NCBI GenBank assembly: GCA_002269645.1
Contig: NIVC01000033.1
Location: forward strand, 795,335-859,334
DNA from: Macrostomum lignano
Taxonomy: Eukaryota
DNA: 64,000 bases
Direction: 5' to 3'
Part shown: positions 1 through 12,238 of the stretch, piece after piece
Numbering within the stretch: the stretch's first letter is position 1
Layout of the letters: the number at the start of each line of letters is the position of its first letter
Notes under the pieces: model-generated
The model's database searches: none
The model's input: the letters and a program-made list of their open reading frames with translations, nothing else
What the model was told of the DNA's origin: nothing
Translations under genes and position numbers: made by a program

Positions 1-34
1 GCGCACTCGGAGGCCACCTTCCACGGATCGGAGG

Positions 35-1760
35 GTGGCCCGACGGCAAAAAACTGATGGGCGGGGTTCGGGGCAGGGGCCTCTTAACATCGAGTCGCCC
101 GCCCCTGCTGCTGCTTTCGATGAACCCCGTGACGAGGGCGACTCAGGCGGAACCTTCTCTACCGACTTGTGCTTTGAAGCTTGGCGTTTGGAGCTGGCTG
201 ACACCGAGATGCCAGCGGAGCTCGCGCAGTTCGTTCTCTCCGGTGTGAAGGAGGGTTTCCGCATTAGGAATGTCAGATGCACCGTCGACACTGTTGAGCA
301 AGATAACTACAGATCCATCAGTCAGCACCGTGCCGGTGTTGAGGCTCAAGTTCATGAGGAGCTGCAGACGGGCAGATACCGCGTTTGTGCAAAGCCGGCG
401 ATTGTGAGCGCCCTGGGCGCCATTCCCAAGTCGGGTGGAGGCATCCGGCTCATCCATGACTGCAGCCAGCCTGAAGGTCGCGCGGTCAATGACATGTTCG
501 TGGGCCAACGGAAGCTTCGGTTTTCTTCGGCAGCGGCTTTTGGCAGAAGGCTGCGCAAGGGCATGTACATGTGCAAGGTAGACCTGAGCCAGGCCTACAG
601 GTCTTGCGGCATTCACCCAAGTGACCACTGCCTCACCGGCCTGAAGTTCACGTTTGAAGGCGACGTTGAGCCGACCTATATGGTTGACACCCGGCTGCCC
701 TTTGGTGCAGCGGCATTTGTAAGCGGTTCTTTCAGATTAGCAATGCCATTCGGTTCATGATGCTCAAGCGCAAGTTTTTAAATACAACTTCGAGGTCAAC
801 ATGGACGATTTCGGCTTCGCGGGGTCGCTGACTGATTGCTGGCGTTTCTACACGGAGCTGACGCAGCTGGTGCAGAGGCTGGGCCTGACTGTTAACTGGA
901 AGAAGTGCGTGCAACCGACTCAAGAAATGTGCTTCCTTGGCATCCAGTTCGATACTCTGTCAGGGCTTATGAGCTTGCCAGGAACCAAAGTCGAAGAGCT
1001 GCTGGTCAGCCTTAATCAGTGCTGTGCGATGCGGCGGATCTCCAAGCATGAGCTGCAGAGGCTGGTGGGCAAGCTCAACTGGGCCTGCCAGGTGATTGTC
1101 AACGGCCGGCCGTTCTTGCGCGACTTGATCGACCGCGTCAACAACCTGGCAAGCTCAAAGGATCGGCTGTTGGTGGATGACCAGTTGAAGGGCATTCAAC
1201 TGGAAGTCGTGAAATTTGGCTCACGGACAGGAGACCGGTTGCCATAGAGACGGACGCCTGCCTGGTGGGAGCGGCAGCTATTTTGCGTGACCCGGCTGGT
1301 TTTGACTGGTGCTACCTGAAGTGGGATGTCGATGCTGGTGGCGTCTTCAGCGAGTGCTGCATCAACTACAAGGAGGCTGCTGCGGTCCTGCTGGCCTTGC
1401 TGCGATGGTGCCATCCGCTGCACAACTGCCGGGTCGCTGTCTACTGGGACAACGCCGCCGCCTGCGTGATCATCAACAAGGGGTCTTCCAGGGAGCCCCG
1501 GTTGCTGCGGCTGCTGCAAACTGTTGCTCTGCTTTGCCTGAAGCAGAACGTGATTGTTACCGCCCATCATGTGCCTGGCCGGTTCCAGCTGTTTGCTGAC
1601 GCAGCTTCATGCCTGCACTGCCGTCAAGAATTGCTGAATTTTGTGTTGCGAGCCTATGCAACATGTTGTGTCAGCCCGCAAGAGTTTGCCGGTCATGCGC
1701 TCAGCCCTCCCACCGCCGCCTTTCTCCTTTTGCAGGTCGCCTCCCTGGGTCTCTCGACGA
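35..1760 (+). pseudogene. reverse transcriptase-RNase H of the Ngaro-like element (frameshifted)
   Basis: Split over ORFs 35..760, 801..1247 and 1265..2005, with frame breaks near 720-790 and ~1200-1245. Catalytic motif reads NMDD (798-809) instead of YxDD. Confidence 0.85.
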
Positions 1761-2623
1761 CGCCGCCGCCAAGCTTCTTCAGCAGGCCTACGCCTCATCA
1801 TCCAAGAAGTCGCTATCGTCCGCCATCCGCTCCTGGCAACGCTTCTGTCTCGAACGGCGGCTCGACCCGCTCTGCTGCCGGGCGGAGGACCTCGCGAATT
1901 ACGTTGCCTGACTCGTGGATGGCCGGCTCAGCTCCTTCGGCAGCGTCCGCTTGCACATCAGCGCTCTCACCGCCAACTTCCGGCTGGCAGGGGCGCCAGA
2001 TCTGACAAAGCATCCGTTGCTGCACCTGGTGCTGCGGGGAGTCAAGCGCGAGCTCGGGGCGGAGCCCAGCCGCAAGCTGCCGGTGTCTCCCGAGATTTTA
2101 ACAAGGCTGCGTCGCCAAGCTGACTGCTTGAACCCAGCCCAAGCTGCCTGCTGGGCTGCAGTCATGTGCGCCTGGTGGGTTATGTTTGGGAAGTCCAGCC
2201 TGTTGCCTGCTGGGCGCGCTGATCCACCAGTGCTGCGGCTCAGTTCTCTGTCGGAGTGCAAGGACGGTCTGCTTCTGCTGTCCAGCTATGGGAAAAGCAA
2301 CCAGTTCGGCAGGAGCCACAGGGTACTGCTGCCGCAGCTGACCCGCCTGCCCGGTCACCCGCTCTGTCCCGTCGCGGCGCTGCGAGATCATCTTCGCTGC
2401 AATCGTTTGAGGCTACCGCAGCAGGGCCTGTTCACCATCTCAGGCGGTTCAGCCGGCAGCGCCTCTCTGACATCCCGGATGTTGGACGTGCAGTGCAAGT
2501 GCTGGCTCAATAAAGCGGGCATCAGCGCGGCAGGCTACTCCGTGCACAGCTTGCGGAGGGGTGCAGCCACCTGGGTGGCGCGTTTCGGTCTGTCAGTCAG
2601 GGAGATCCAGAGCGTGGGCGACT
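1735..2623 (+). pseudogene. tyrosine recombinase of the Ngaro-like element (inactivated)
   Basis: Same frame across ORFs 1609..1911 and 1915..2658, interrupted by TGA at 1909-1911. First catalytic Arg position reads G (MFGKS, 2188-2190). HSLRR is present. Truncated after IQSVGD, before the expected W and catalytic Tyr. Confidence 0.85.
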
Positions 2624-3324
2624 CAACTCTTCATTGTGAAGAATTAAATCAAATTTAACTTTGACCCGTCAAACTAAGACTGATTCCTAAGTATGAGAAG
2701 AAAAATAGTCTGAATTTTTTAAATTCTAATTGTAAAATTCAGGAAAATAAAGAAAAAAACTGGAGGACAACGTCATAACGAATTTATCAAATCCGAGTCC
2801 AGCATACGGTTTTTCCATATTTATTTACAAAGGAGTCAATGGGGGATATTTTGTGAACAGGTGTTGAACTTTTCTGTGAAACGAATGAAAGGCTCGCATA
2901 GTTACTGGCTAAGAGAGGAAAGTAACTAAACCTAACTGGCTAAGTATGTTTATAAAGACTTAATAAAAATAGCATTAGCGCAATCGATCAAAACACTGAT
3001 GCACTACTTAAATTGCCTCACGTGTGACAGTAGTAGAAGGCGCATTCGGTTTACAGAAATTAAGGATAGTTCAGGATAATTTAGAGTCAATTATGAGTTA
3101 CGAGGTATTCGTGAAAAAAAAAGGTAGAGTGCTAATGGTTAATAGCCAGGGGACTCTAAGGGACATGTTTTAATACCGTAAGTCTGATTAAAGTGTAACA
3201 TAAAATAAGAATTTCCAGGGCACAATAAAGGGTACGATTTTACATCGAAAAAAATGTTATGTTAATTGGGGCTAGCCACCAATGGAAAGAGTACAAAAGG
3301 GAGGACTTCTAGTTTGGCTAGGAG

Positions 3325-3990
3325 CAAGCGAGTGTAGATTGAGGGACGACTGTCTAGGGTTGGCTGGGAGCGAGTGTACATTGAGGGACGACTGTCTAGA
3401 TTGGCTGGGAGCGAGTGTACATTGAGGGACGACCCTGTCTAGATTGGCTGGAGCGAGTGTACATTGAGGGACGACCCTGTCTAGATTGGCTGGGAGTGAG
3501 TGTACATTGAGGGCCGACTGTCTAGGGTTGGTTAAGAGCGAGTGTACATTGAGGGCCGACTGTCTAGGGTTGGTTGGGAGCGAGTGTACATTGAGGGCCG
3601 ACTGTCTAGGGTTGGTTGGGAGCGAGTGTACATTGAGGGACGACTGTCTAGGTTGGCTGGGAGTGAGTGTACGTTGAGGGCCGACTGTCTAGGGTTGGTT
3701 GGGGGCGAGTGTACATTGAGGGACGACCCTGTCTAGGTTGGCTGGGAGCGAGTGTACATTGAGGGCCGACTGTCTAGGGTTGGTTAAGAGCGAGTGTACA
3801 TTGAGGGCCGACTGTCTAGGGTTGGTTGGGAGCGAGTGTACATTGAGGGCCGACTGTCTAGGGTTGGTTGGGAGCGAGTGTACATTGAGGGACGACTGTC
3901 TAGGTTGGCTGGGAGTGAGTGTACGTTGAGGGCCGACTGTCTAGGGTTGGTTGGGGGCGAGTGTACACTGAGGGCCGACTGTCTAGGTTG
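3325..3990. repeat. 41-42 bp minisatellite (GGGAGCGAGTGTACATTGAGGGACGACTGTCTAGG(G)TTGGYT)
   Basis: Direct tandem array; paralogous array at 10585-11320. Confidence 0.95.
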
Positions 3991-4217
3991 CCAGATTAGG
4001 TACGAGCTAAGCCGATGAGGTTTCGTTGCATATATTTTGTCTAGGCAGAGCACAAACCACTCACAATTAAATAGCATAGAAAAAACAGTATAGCTATACT
4101 AAGAGTAGAAAGACAAATAATAGAACAGCAGCAGAAGGTTTCACTCAATGCTTACATTATTTATGTATTAGAACCAGTCAGTATTCTATATCTACCTGAG
4201 AAATTTGTTTCAGGCAA

Positions 4218-5002
4218 TTGGGGGCGATTCTCAAAGGCGACTCAGGGCAATTCTTAAAGGCATCTGAGGGCGATTCTCAAAGGCACCTGAGGGCGATTCT
4301 CAAAGGCACCTGAGGGCGATTCTCAAAGGCATCTGAGGGCGATTCTCAAAGGCACCTGAGGGCGATTCTCAAAGGCATCTGAGGGCGATTCTCAAAGGCA
4401 CCTGAGGGCGATTCTCAAAGGCATCTGAGGGCGATTCTCAAAGGCACCTGAGGGCGATTCTCAAAGGCATCTGAGGGCGATTCTCAAAGGCACCTGAGGG
4501 CGATTCTCAAAGGCATCTGAGGGCGATTCTCAAAGGCATCTGAGGGCGATTCTCAAAGGCACCTGAGGGCGATTCTCAAAGGCATCTGAGGGCGATTCTC
4601 AAAGGCATCTGAGGGCGATTCTCAAAGGCATCTGAGGGCGATTCTCAAAGGCACCTGAGGGCGATTCTCAAAGGCATCTGAGGGCGATTCTCAAAGGCAC
4701 CTGAGGGCGATTCTCAAAGGCACCTGAGGGCGATTCTCAAAGGCACCTGAGGGCGATTCTCAAAGGCATCTGAGGGCGATTCTCAAAGGCACCTGAGGGC
4801 GATTCTCAAAGGCACCTGAGGGCGATTCTCAAAGGCACCTGAGGGCGATTCTCAAAGGCATCTGAGGGCGATTCTCAAAGGCACCTGAGGGCGATTCTCA
4901 AAGGCACCTGAGGGCGATTCTCAAAGGCATCTGAGGGCGATTCTCAAAGGCACCTGAGGGCGATTCTCAAAGGCATCTGAGGGCGATTCTCAAAGGCATC
5001 TG
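4218..5002. repeat. 23 bp minisatellite (GAGGGCGATTCTCAAAGGCAYCT)
   Basis: Direct tandem array; paralogous array at 11550-12150. Confidence 0.95.
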
Positions 5003-5334
5003 AAAAAGAGAAGTCTTTGCCACTTAATAAAGCCAGCCAATAAGATTGAGCAGCGGCAGTCGAGTCTCCAGAAGAACTGAGAATTTTGAGCTCACAGCGA
5101 GTGCGACAGCCATTCAAGCCTTGAGGCGCTGCTGTAATAGTTGTGCAGCAGCCACTGCCACTCCAGGGCCTGGTAGCGCTGCTGGCTCAGGTACAGCGGC
5201 TTGCCGCGTCTGCAATGCCCAATTAGCAGGATTATGGATTTACTGAGCTCATTCGCAATCATTCATTTAGAGGAACATCGATTCGGGTATATCGTAAATA
5301 GACTATAAATAGTGGGAGGTTACTATCCATGAGA

Positions 5335-6190
5335 GGTCATTGACCCTGGCTTATTTTAAGGAGGTCACTGACCATAGATTTATCTAGAAGTCATTGACCT
5401 CAATTTATCTGGGGGGTCAGCGATCATGACTTATCTAGGAGAGGTCACTGACCCCGGATTGATTTAAGGAGGATACTGACCATAGATTTATCTAGAAGTC
5501 ATTGACCTCAATTTATCTGGGGGGTCAGCGATCATGACTTATCTAGGAGAGGTCACTGACCCCGGCTTGTTTTAAGGAGGTCACTGACCCTGATTTATCT
5601 AGAAGTCATTGACCTCAATTTATCTGGGGGGTCGGCGATCATGACTTATCTAGGAGAGGTCACTGACCCCGGCTTGTTTTAAGGAGGTCACTGACCATAG
5701 ATTTATCTAGAAGTCATTGACCTCAATTTATCTGGGGGGTCAGCGATCATGACTTATCTAGGAGAGGTCACTGACCCCGGATTGTTTTAAGGAGGATACT
5801 GACACTGATTTACCTAGGAGAGGTCATTGACCCCGGCTTGTTTTAAGGAGGTCACTGACCCTGATTTACCTAGGAGAGGTCATTGACCCCGGCTTGTTTT
5901 AAGGAGGTCACTGACCCTGATTTACCTAGGAGAGGTCGTTGACCCCGGCTTGTTTTAAGGAGGTCACTGACCCTGATTTATCTAGGAGAGGTCACTGACC
6001 CCGGCTTGTTTTAAGGAGGCCACTGACTCTGATTTATCTAGGAGAGGTCATTGACCCCGGATTGTTTTAAGGAGGCCACTGACTCTGATTTACCTAGGAG
6101 AGGTCATTGACCCCGGCTTGTTTTAAGGTCACTGACCCTAATTTTTCTGGGGTGGTCAGCGATCCTGACTCATCTAGGAGAGGTCATCGA
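5335..6190. repeat. ~56 bp (2 x ~28 bp) minisatellite built of AGGTCA-N-TGACC palindromes, in the duplicated UBR3 last intron
   Basis: Unit TAGGAGAGGTCATTGACCCCGGCTTGTTTTAAGGAGGTCACTGACCCTGATTTACC; paralogue at 12478-13020. Confidence 0.9.
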
Positions 6191-7119
6191 TCTCGATTTA
6201 CCAGGGAAAGGTCATATAGAATTTGTGAGATATGAAATCCTCACCTGAGCTCCTCGTCCTCCTCTCCGAACTCATCCACGTACAGCGAGCCCCAGCGCAG
6301 CGCCAGGCCGTGGGTGAAGACCCACACGAACGAGGAGTCCACCACCAGCACGGGGCAGTGGCCGGCGCCGCACAGCACGGAGTGTCGGTGGCACTCGCCA
6401 ACCGTGTCCTCGCCGTGTCGGGCTTGGCAGCAGGGCGAATTGAAGCAGAGAAACTCGCCGCAGACCAAGCAGACGGCCGGGTGGGCGGGGCGCTGATCGC
6501 AGTGGCGGCAGGCGCGGCTCCGGTTGGCGCTGAACACAGCGTCGTAGGCCGGGGGCAGCGGGATGAGGCGCGGAGGCTGCAGCTCGCTGGGCGGGGCCAG
6601 CCGGTCAGTCAGGCAGGCGATCGGCCGGCGCTGCGGCGGCGACACCGCGGCGAGCCAGGCGGCCGCGAGGCGGTCCAGGCCGGCGGAGTCCAGCGGGGTG
6701 AACAGGCGGGCGGGCGAGCAGCCGCTGCAGCTGCTTGGAGGCTGCGGTGGTGCGGATTCGCCAGCCGATGAAGCCGCCGAGGACTCCACCTGCTGCTGCT
6801 GCTGGCAGAGGCCGAGCCGGTGGCTGAGCTCCGAGAAGGCAGCCGACGGAGACGGCGGCGGCGGCGGAGGCGGCTGAGTCACGTGACCGAGAAGCAGGGC
6901 GGCGAGTCGCAGCAGGGGGGCGAGACGCGACTCAAGGCAGATGCTCAGGTCGGCCAGGCTGCGGACGGTCGGCGGCGGGCACGACTGGGGGGGGGGCAGC
7001 CGGGGGATCGGCTTTGATGAAGCAGTGAGCGCGTGGCATGGAAAAGCTTGCAAAACTGCTCGACTATTAACGCGTGACCGGACAGAGCAGCCCTTGTCCA
7101 CGCCGGTGCAAAAGTACAT

Positions 7120-7725
7120 TCACGATAAAGACCTCTGTACCTCCGACCAGACTCAATGTACATTCACGACAAAGACCTCTCTACCCCCGACCAGACTCAA
7201 TGTACATTCACGACAAAGACCTCTCTACCCCCGACCAGACTCAATGTACATTCACGACAAAGACCTCTCTACCCCCGACCAGACTCAATGTACATTCACG
7301 ACAAAGACCTCTCTACCCCCGACCAGACTCAATGTACATTCACGACAAAGACCTCTCTACCCCCGACCAGACTCAATGTACATTCACGACAAAGACCTCT
7401 CTACCCCGACCAGACTCAATGTACATTCACGACAAAGACCTCTCTACCCCCGACCAGACTCAATGTACATTCACGACAAAGACCTCTCTACCTCCGACCA
7501 GACTCAATGTACATTCACGACAAAGACCTCTCTACCCCCGACCAGACTCAATGTACATTCACGACAAAGACCTCTCTTTCCCCGACCAGACTCAATGTAC
7601 ATTCACGACAAAGACCTCTCTACCCCCAACCAGACTCAATGTACATTCACGACAAAGACCTCTCTACCCCCGACCAGACTCAATGTACATTCACGACAAA
7701 GACCTCTCTTCCCCCGACCAGACTT
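7120..7725. repeat. 44 bp minisatellite (CCCCGACCAGACTCAATGTACATTCACGACAAAGACCTCTCTAC)
   Basis: Tandem array in duplicated UBR3 intron 13; shorter paralogue at 13960-14155. Confidence 0.95.
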
Positions 7726-8010
7726 GATACGCTAGAGAAGATTTCAACAAAAATGATAAAGGCTGCTAATCAACCAAGACCCTCACCAGCTGAGGCTGCC
7801 TGCTAGAGGCCATCTGTCGTAGAAGCGGCTCCGCGTGCTTCAGCATCACCCGGACGTGCTCGGCCAGCTGCGGATCCTCCGCTCCGGCCTGGTGCTGCCA
7901 CAGCAGCCGCTCCTGCCGGGTGGCGGACACGAGCTCGGCCAGCAGGGCCTGCACGTAGGCCAGGTTGTAGGCCGCTGCCAGGGCGGCGAACCACTGCTGC
8001 TTCTTGCAGA

Positions 8011-9870
8011 TCAAGCGCAAGTTTTTAAATACAACTTCGAGGTCAACATGGACGATTTCGGCTTCGCGGGGTCGCTGACTGATTGCTGGCGTTTCTACAC
8101 GGAGCTGACGCAGCTGGTGCAGAGGCTGGGCCTGACTGTTAACTGGAAGAAGTGCGTGCAACCGACTCAAGAAATGTGCTTCCTTGGCATCCAGTTCGAT
8201 ACTCTGTCAGGGCTTATGAGCTTGCCAGGAACCAAAGTCGAAGAGCTGCTGGTCAGCCTTAATCAGTGCTGTGCGATGCGGCGGATCTCCAAGCATGAGC
8301 TGCAGAGGCTGGTGGGCAAGCTCAACTGGGCCTGCCAGGTGATTGTCAACGGCCGGCCGTTCTTGCGCGACTTGATCGACCGCGTCAACAACCTGGCAAG
8401 CTCAAAGGATCGGCTGTTGGTGGATGACCAGTTGAAGGGCATTCAACTGGAAGTCGTGAAATTTGGCTCACGGACAGGAGACCGGTTGCCATAGAGACGG
8501 ACGCCTGCCTGGTGGGAGCGGCAGCTATTTTGCGTGACCCGGCTGGTTTTGACTGGTGCTACCTGAAGTGGGATGTCGATGCTGGTGGCGTCTTCAGCGA
8601 GTGCTGCATCAACTACAAGGAGGCTGCTGCGGTCCTGCTGGCCTTGCTGCGATGGTGCCATCCGCTGCACAACTGCCGGGTCGCTGTCTACTGGGACAAC
8701 GCCGCCGCCTGCGTGATCATCAACAAGGGGTCTTCCAGGGAGCCCCGGTTGCTGCGGCTGCTGCAAACTGTTGCTCTGCTTTGCCTGAAGCAGAACGTGA
8801 TTGTTACCGCCCATCATGTGCCTGGCCGGTTCCAGCTGTTTGCTGACGCAGCTTCATGCCTGCACTGCCGTCAAGAATTGCTGAATTTTGTGTTGCGAGC
8901 CTATGCAACATGTTGTGTCAGCCCGCAAGAGTTTGCCGGTCATGCGCTCAGCCCTCCCACCGCCGCCTTTCTCCTTTTGCAGGTCGCCTCCCTGGGTCTC
9001 TCGACGACGCCGCCGCCAAGCTTCTTCAGCAGGCCTACGCCTCATCATCCAAGAAGTCGCTATCGTCCGCCATCCGCTCCTGGCAACGCTTCTGTCTCGA
9101 ACGGCGGCTCGACCCGCTCTGCTGCCGGGCGGAGGACCTCGCGAATTACGTTGCCTGACTCGTGGATGGCCGGCTCAGCTCCTTCGGCAGCGTCCGCTTG
9201 CACATCAGCGCTCTCACCGCCAACTTCCGGCTGGCAGGGGCGCCAGATCTGACAAAGCATCCGTTGCTGCACCTGGTGCTGCGGGGAGTCAAGCGCGAGC
9301 TCGGGGCGGAGCCCAGCCGCAAGCTGCCGGTGTCTCCCGAGATTTTAACAAGGCTGCGTCGCCAAGCTGACTGCTTGAACCCAGCCCAAGCTGCCTGCTG
9401 GGCTGCAGTCATGTGCGCCTGGTGGGTTATGTTTGGGAAGTCCAGCCTGTTGCCTGCTGGGCGCGCTGATCCACCAGTGCTGCGGCTCAGTTCTCTGTCG
9501 GAGTGCAAGGACGGTCTGCTTCTGCTGTCCAGCTATGGGAAAAGCAACCAGTTCGGCAGGAGCCACAGGGTACTGCTGCCGCAGCTGACCCGCCTGCCCG
9601 GTCACCCGCTCTGTCCCGTCGCGGCGCTGCGAGATCATCTTCGCTGCAATCGTTTGAGGCTACCGCAGCAGGGCCTGTTCACCATCTCAGGCGGTTCAGC
9701 CGGCAGCGCCTCTCTGACATCCCGGATGTTGGACGTGCAGTGCAAGTGCTGGCTCAATAAAGCGGGCATCAGCGCGGCAGGCTACTCCGTGCACAGCTTG
9801 CGGAGGGGTGCAGCCACCTGGGTGGCGCGTTTCGGTCTGTCAGTCAGGGAGATCCAGAGCGTGGGCGACT
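8011..9870 (+). mobile_element. second, 5'- and 3'-truncated copy of the Ngaro-like element (RT C-terminal half, RNase H, YR)
   Basis: Translations identical to 764-2623, including the same premature stop (9156-9158) and the same 3' truncation. Confidence 0.88.
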
Positions 9871-10584
9871 CAACTCTTCATTGTGAAGAATTAAATCAAA
9901 TTTAACTTTGACCCGTCAAACTAAGACTGATTCCTAAGTATGAGAAGAAAAATAGTCTGAATTTTTTAAATTCTAATTGTAAAATTCAGGAAAATAAAGA
10001 ACAAAACTGGAGGACAACGTCATAACGAATTTATCAAATCCGAGTCCAGCATACGGTTTTTCCATATTTATTTACAAAGGAGTCAATGGGGGATATTTTG
10101 TGAACAGGTGTTGAACTTTTCTGTGAAACGAATGAAAGGCTCGCATAATTACTGGCTAAGAGAGGAAAGTAACTAAACCTAACTGGCTAAGTATGTTTAT
10201 AAAGACTTAATAAAAATAGCATTAGCGCAATCGATCAAAACACTGATGCACTACTTAAATTGCCTCACGTGTGACAGTAGTAGAAGGCGCATTCGGTTTA
10301 CAGAAATTAAGGATAGTTCAGGATAATTTAGAGTCATTTATGAGTTACTAGGTATTCGTGAAAAAAAATAGGTAGAGTGCTAATGGTTAATAGCCAGGGG
10401 ACTCTAAGGGACATGTTTTGATACCGTAAGTCTGATTAAAGTGTAACATAAAATAAGAATTTCCAGGGCACAATAAAGGGTACGATTTTACATCGAAAAA
10501 AAACAATAATTTCTATGTTAATTGGGGCTAGCCACCAATGGAAAGAGTACAAAAGGGAGGACTTCTAGTTTGGCTAGGAGCTAG

Positions 10585-11320
10585 CGAGTGTACATTGAGG
10601 GACGACTGTCTAGGTTGGCTGGGAGCGAGTGTACATTGAGGGACGACTGTCTAGGTTGGCTGGGAGCGAGTGTACATTGAGGGACGACTGTCTAGGTTGG
10701 CTGGGAGCGAGTGTACATTGAGGGACGACTGTCTAGGGTTGGTTGGGAGCGAGTGTACATTGAGGGACGACTGTCTAGGGTTGGTTGGGAGCGAGTGTAC
10801 ATTGAGGGACGACTGTCTAGGGTTGGTTGGGAGCGAGTGTACATTGAGGGACGACTGTCTAGGTTGGCTGGGAGCGAGTGTACATTGAGGGACGACTGTC
10901 TAGGTTGGCTGGGAGCGAGTGTACATTGAGGGACGACTGTCTAGGGTTGGTTGGGAGCGAGTGTACATTGAGGGACGACTGTCTAGGTTGGCTGGGAGCG
11001 AGTGTACATTGAGGGACGACTGTCTAGGTTGGCTGGGAGCGAGTGTACATTGAGGGACGACTGTCTAGGGTTGGTTGGGAGCGAGTGTACATTGAGGGAC
11101 GACTGTCTAGGTTGGCTGGGAGCGAGTGTACATTGAGGGACGACTGTCTAGGTTGGCTGGGAGCGAGTGTACATTGAGGGACGACTGTCTAGGGTTGGTT
11201 GGGAGCGAGTGTACATTGAGGGACGACTGTCTGGGGTTGGCTGGGAGCGAGTGTACATTGAGGGACGACTGTCTAGGTTGGCTGGGAGCGAGTGTACATT
11301 GAGGGCCGACTGTCTAGGTT
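10585..11320. repeat. 41-42 bp TGTACA-core minisatellite (copy B)
   Basis: Same unit as 3325-3990. Confidence 0.95.
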
Positions 11321-11549
11321 GCCAGATTAGGTACGAGCTAAGCCGATGAGGTTTCGTTGCATATATTTTGTCTACGCAGAGCACAAACCACTCACAATTA
11401 AATAGCATAGAAAAAACAGTATAGCTATACTAAGAGTAGAAAGACAAATAATAGAACAGCAGCAGAAGGTTTCACTCAATGCTTACATTATTTATGTATT
11501 AGAACCAGTCAGTATTCTATATCTACCTGAGAAATTTGTTTCAGGCAAT

Positions 11550-12150
11550 TGGGGGCGATTCTCAAAGGCGACTCAGGGCAATTCTTAAAGGCATCTCAGG
11601 GCGATTCTCAAAAGCATCTGAGGGCGATTCTCAAAGACATCTGAGGGCGATTCTCAAAGGCATCTGAGGGCGATTCTCAAAGGCATCTGCGGGCAATTCT
11701 TAAAGGCATCACAGGGCGATTCTCAAAAGCATCTGAGGGCGATTCTCAAAGACATCTGAGGGCGATTCTCAAAGGCATCTGAGGGCGATTCTCAAAGACA
11801 TCTGAGGGCGATTCTCAAAGGCATCTGAGGGCGATTCTCAAAGGCATCTGAGGGCGATTCTCAAAGGCATCTGCGGGCAATTCTCAAAGGCATCTGAGGG
11901 CGATTCTCAAAGGCATCTGAGGGCGATTCTCAAAAGCATCTGAGGGCGATTCTCAAAGGCATCTGAGGGCGATTCTCAAAGGCATCTGAGGGCGATTCTC
12001 AAAAGCATCTGAGGGCGATTCTCAAAGACATCTGAGGGCGATTCTCAAAGGCATCTGAGGGCGATTCTCAAAGACATCTGAGGGCGATTCTCAAAGGCAT
12101 CTGAGGGCGATTCTCAAAGGCATCTGAGGGCGATTCTCAAAGGCATCTGA
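11550..12150. repeat. 23 bp minisatellite (copy B)
   Basis: Same unit as 4218-5002 but with different internal variants (AAGCATCT, GACATCT). Confidence 0.95.
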
Positions 12151-12238
12151 AAAAGAGAAGTCTTTGCCATTTAATAAAGCCAGCCAATAAGATTGAGCAG
12201 CGGCAGTCGAGTCTCCAGAAGAACTGAGAATTTTGAGC

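Larger units (their letters stand above)
1..2623 (+). mobile_element. Ngaro-like (DIRS order) tyrosine-recombinase retrotransposon, degenerate, 3'-truncated; 5' part lies outside the window
   Basis: Order: probable gag end (AHSEATFH...AKN* at 1-57), RT (KVDLSQAYR, DTRLPFG, xMDD), RNase H (ETDAC, EAAAV, DNAA, ADAAS), then an overlapping tyrosine recombinase in another frame (HSLRRGAATW). No methyltransferase domain after RNase H, which fits Ngaro rather than DIRS1-like. GC-rich sequence stops abruptly at ~2623. Confidence 0.85.
5092..8010 (-). pseudogene. UBR3: duplicated 3' fragment of UBR3 (partial exon 13 at 7787-8010, exon 14 at 6245-6984, exon 15 at 5092-5209); reading frame intact but no 5' exons
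   Basis: Exon 14 encodes [15 protein letters not shown]...[13 protein letters not shown]...[16 protein letters not shown]. Exon 15 encodes [27 protein letters not shown] sites are phase-compatible (exon 14 = 740 nt). Confidence 0.88.

Noticed and set aside
7835-8494. 219 aa ORF apparently extending RT at the N-terminus
   Set aside because: Chimera of antisense UBR3 exon 13 and the RT fragment created by the duplication junction; RT lacks its N-half and YxDD.
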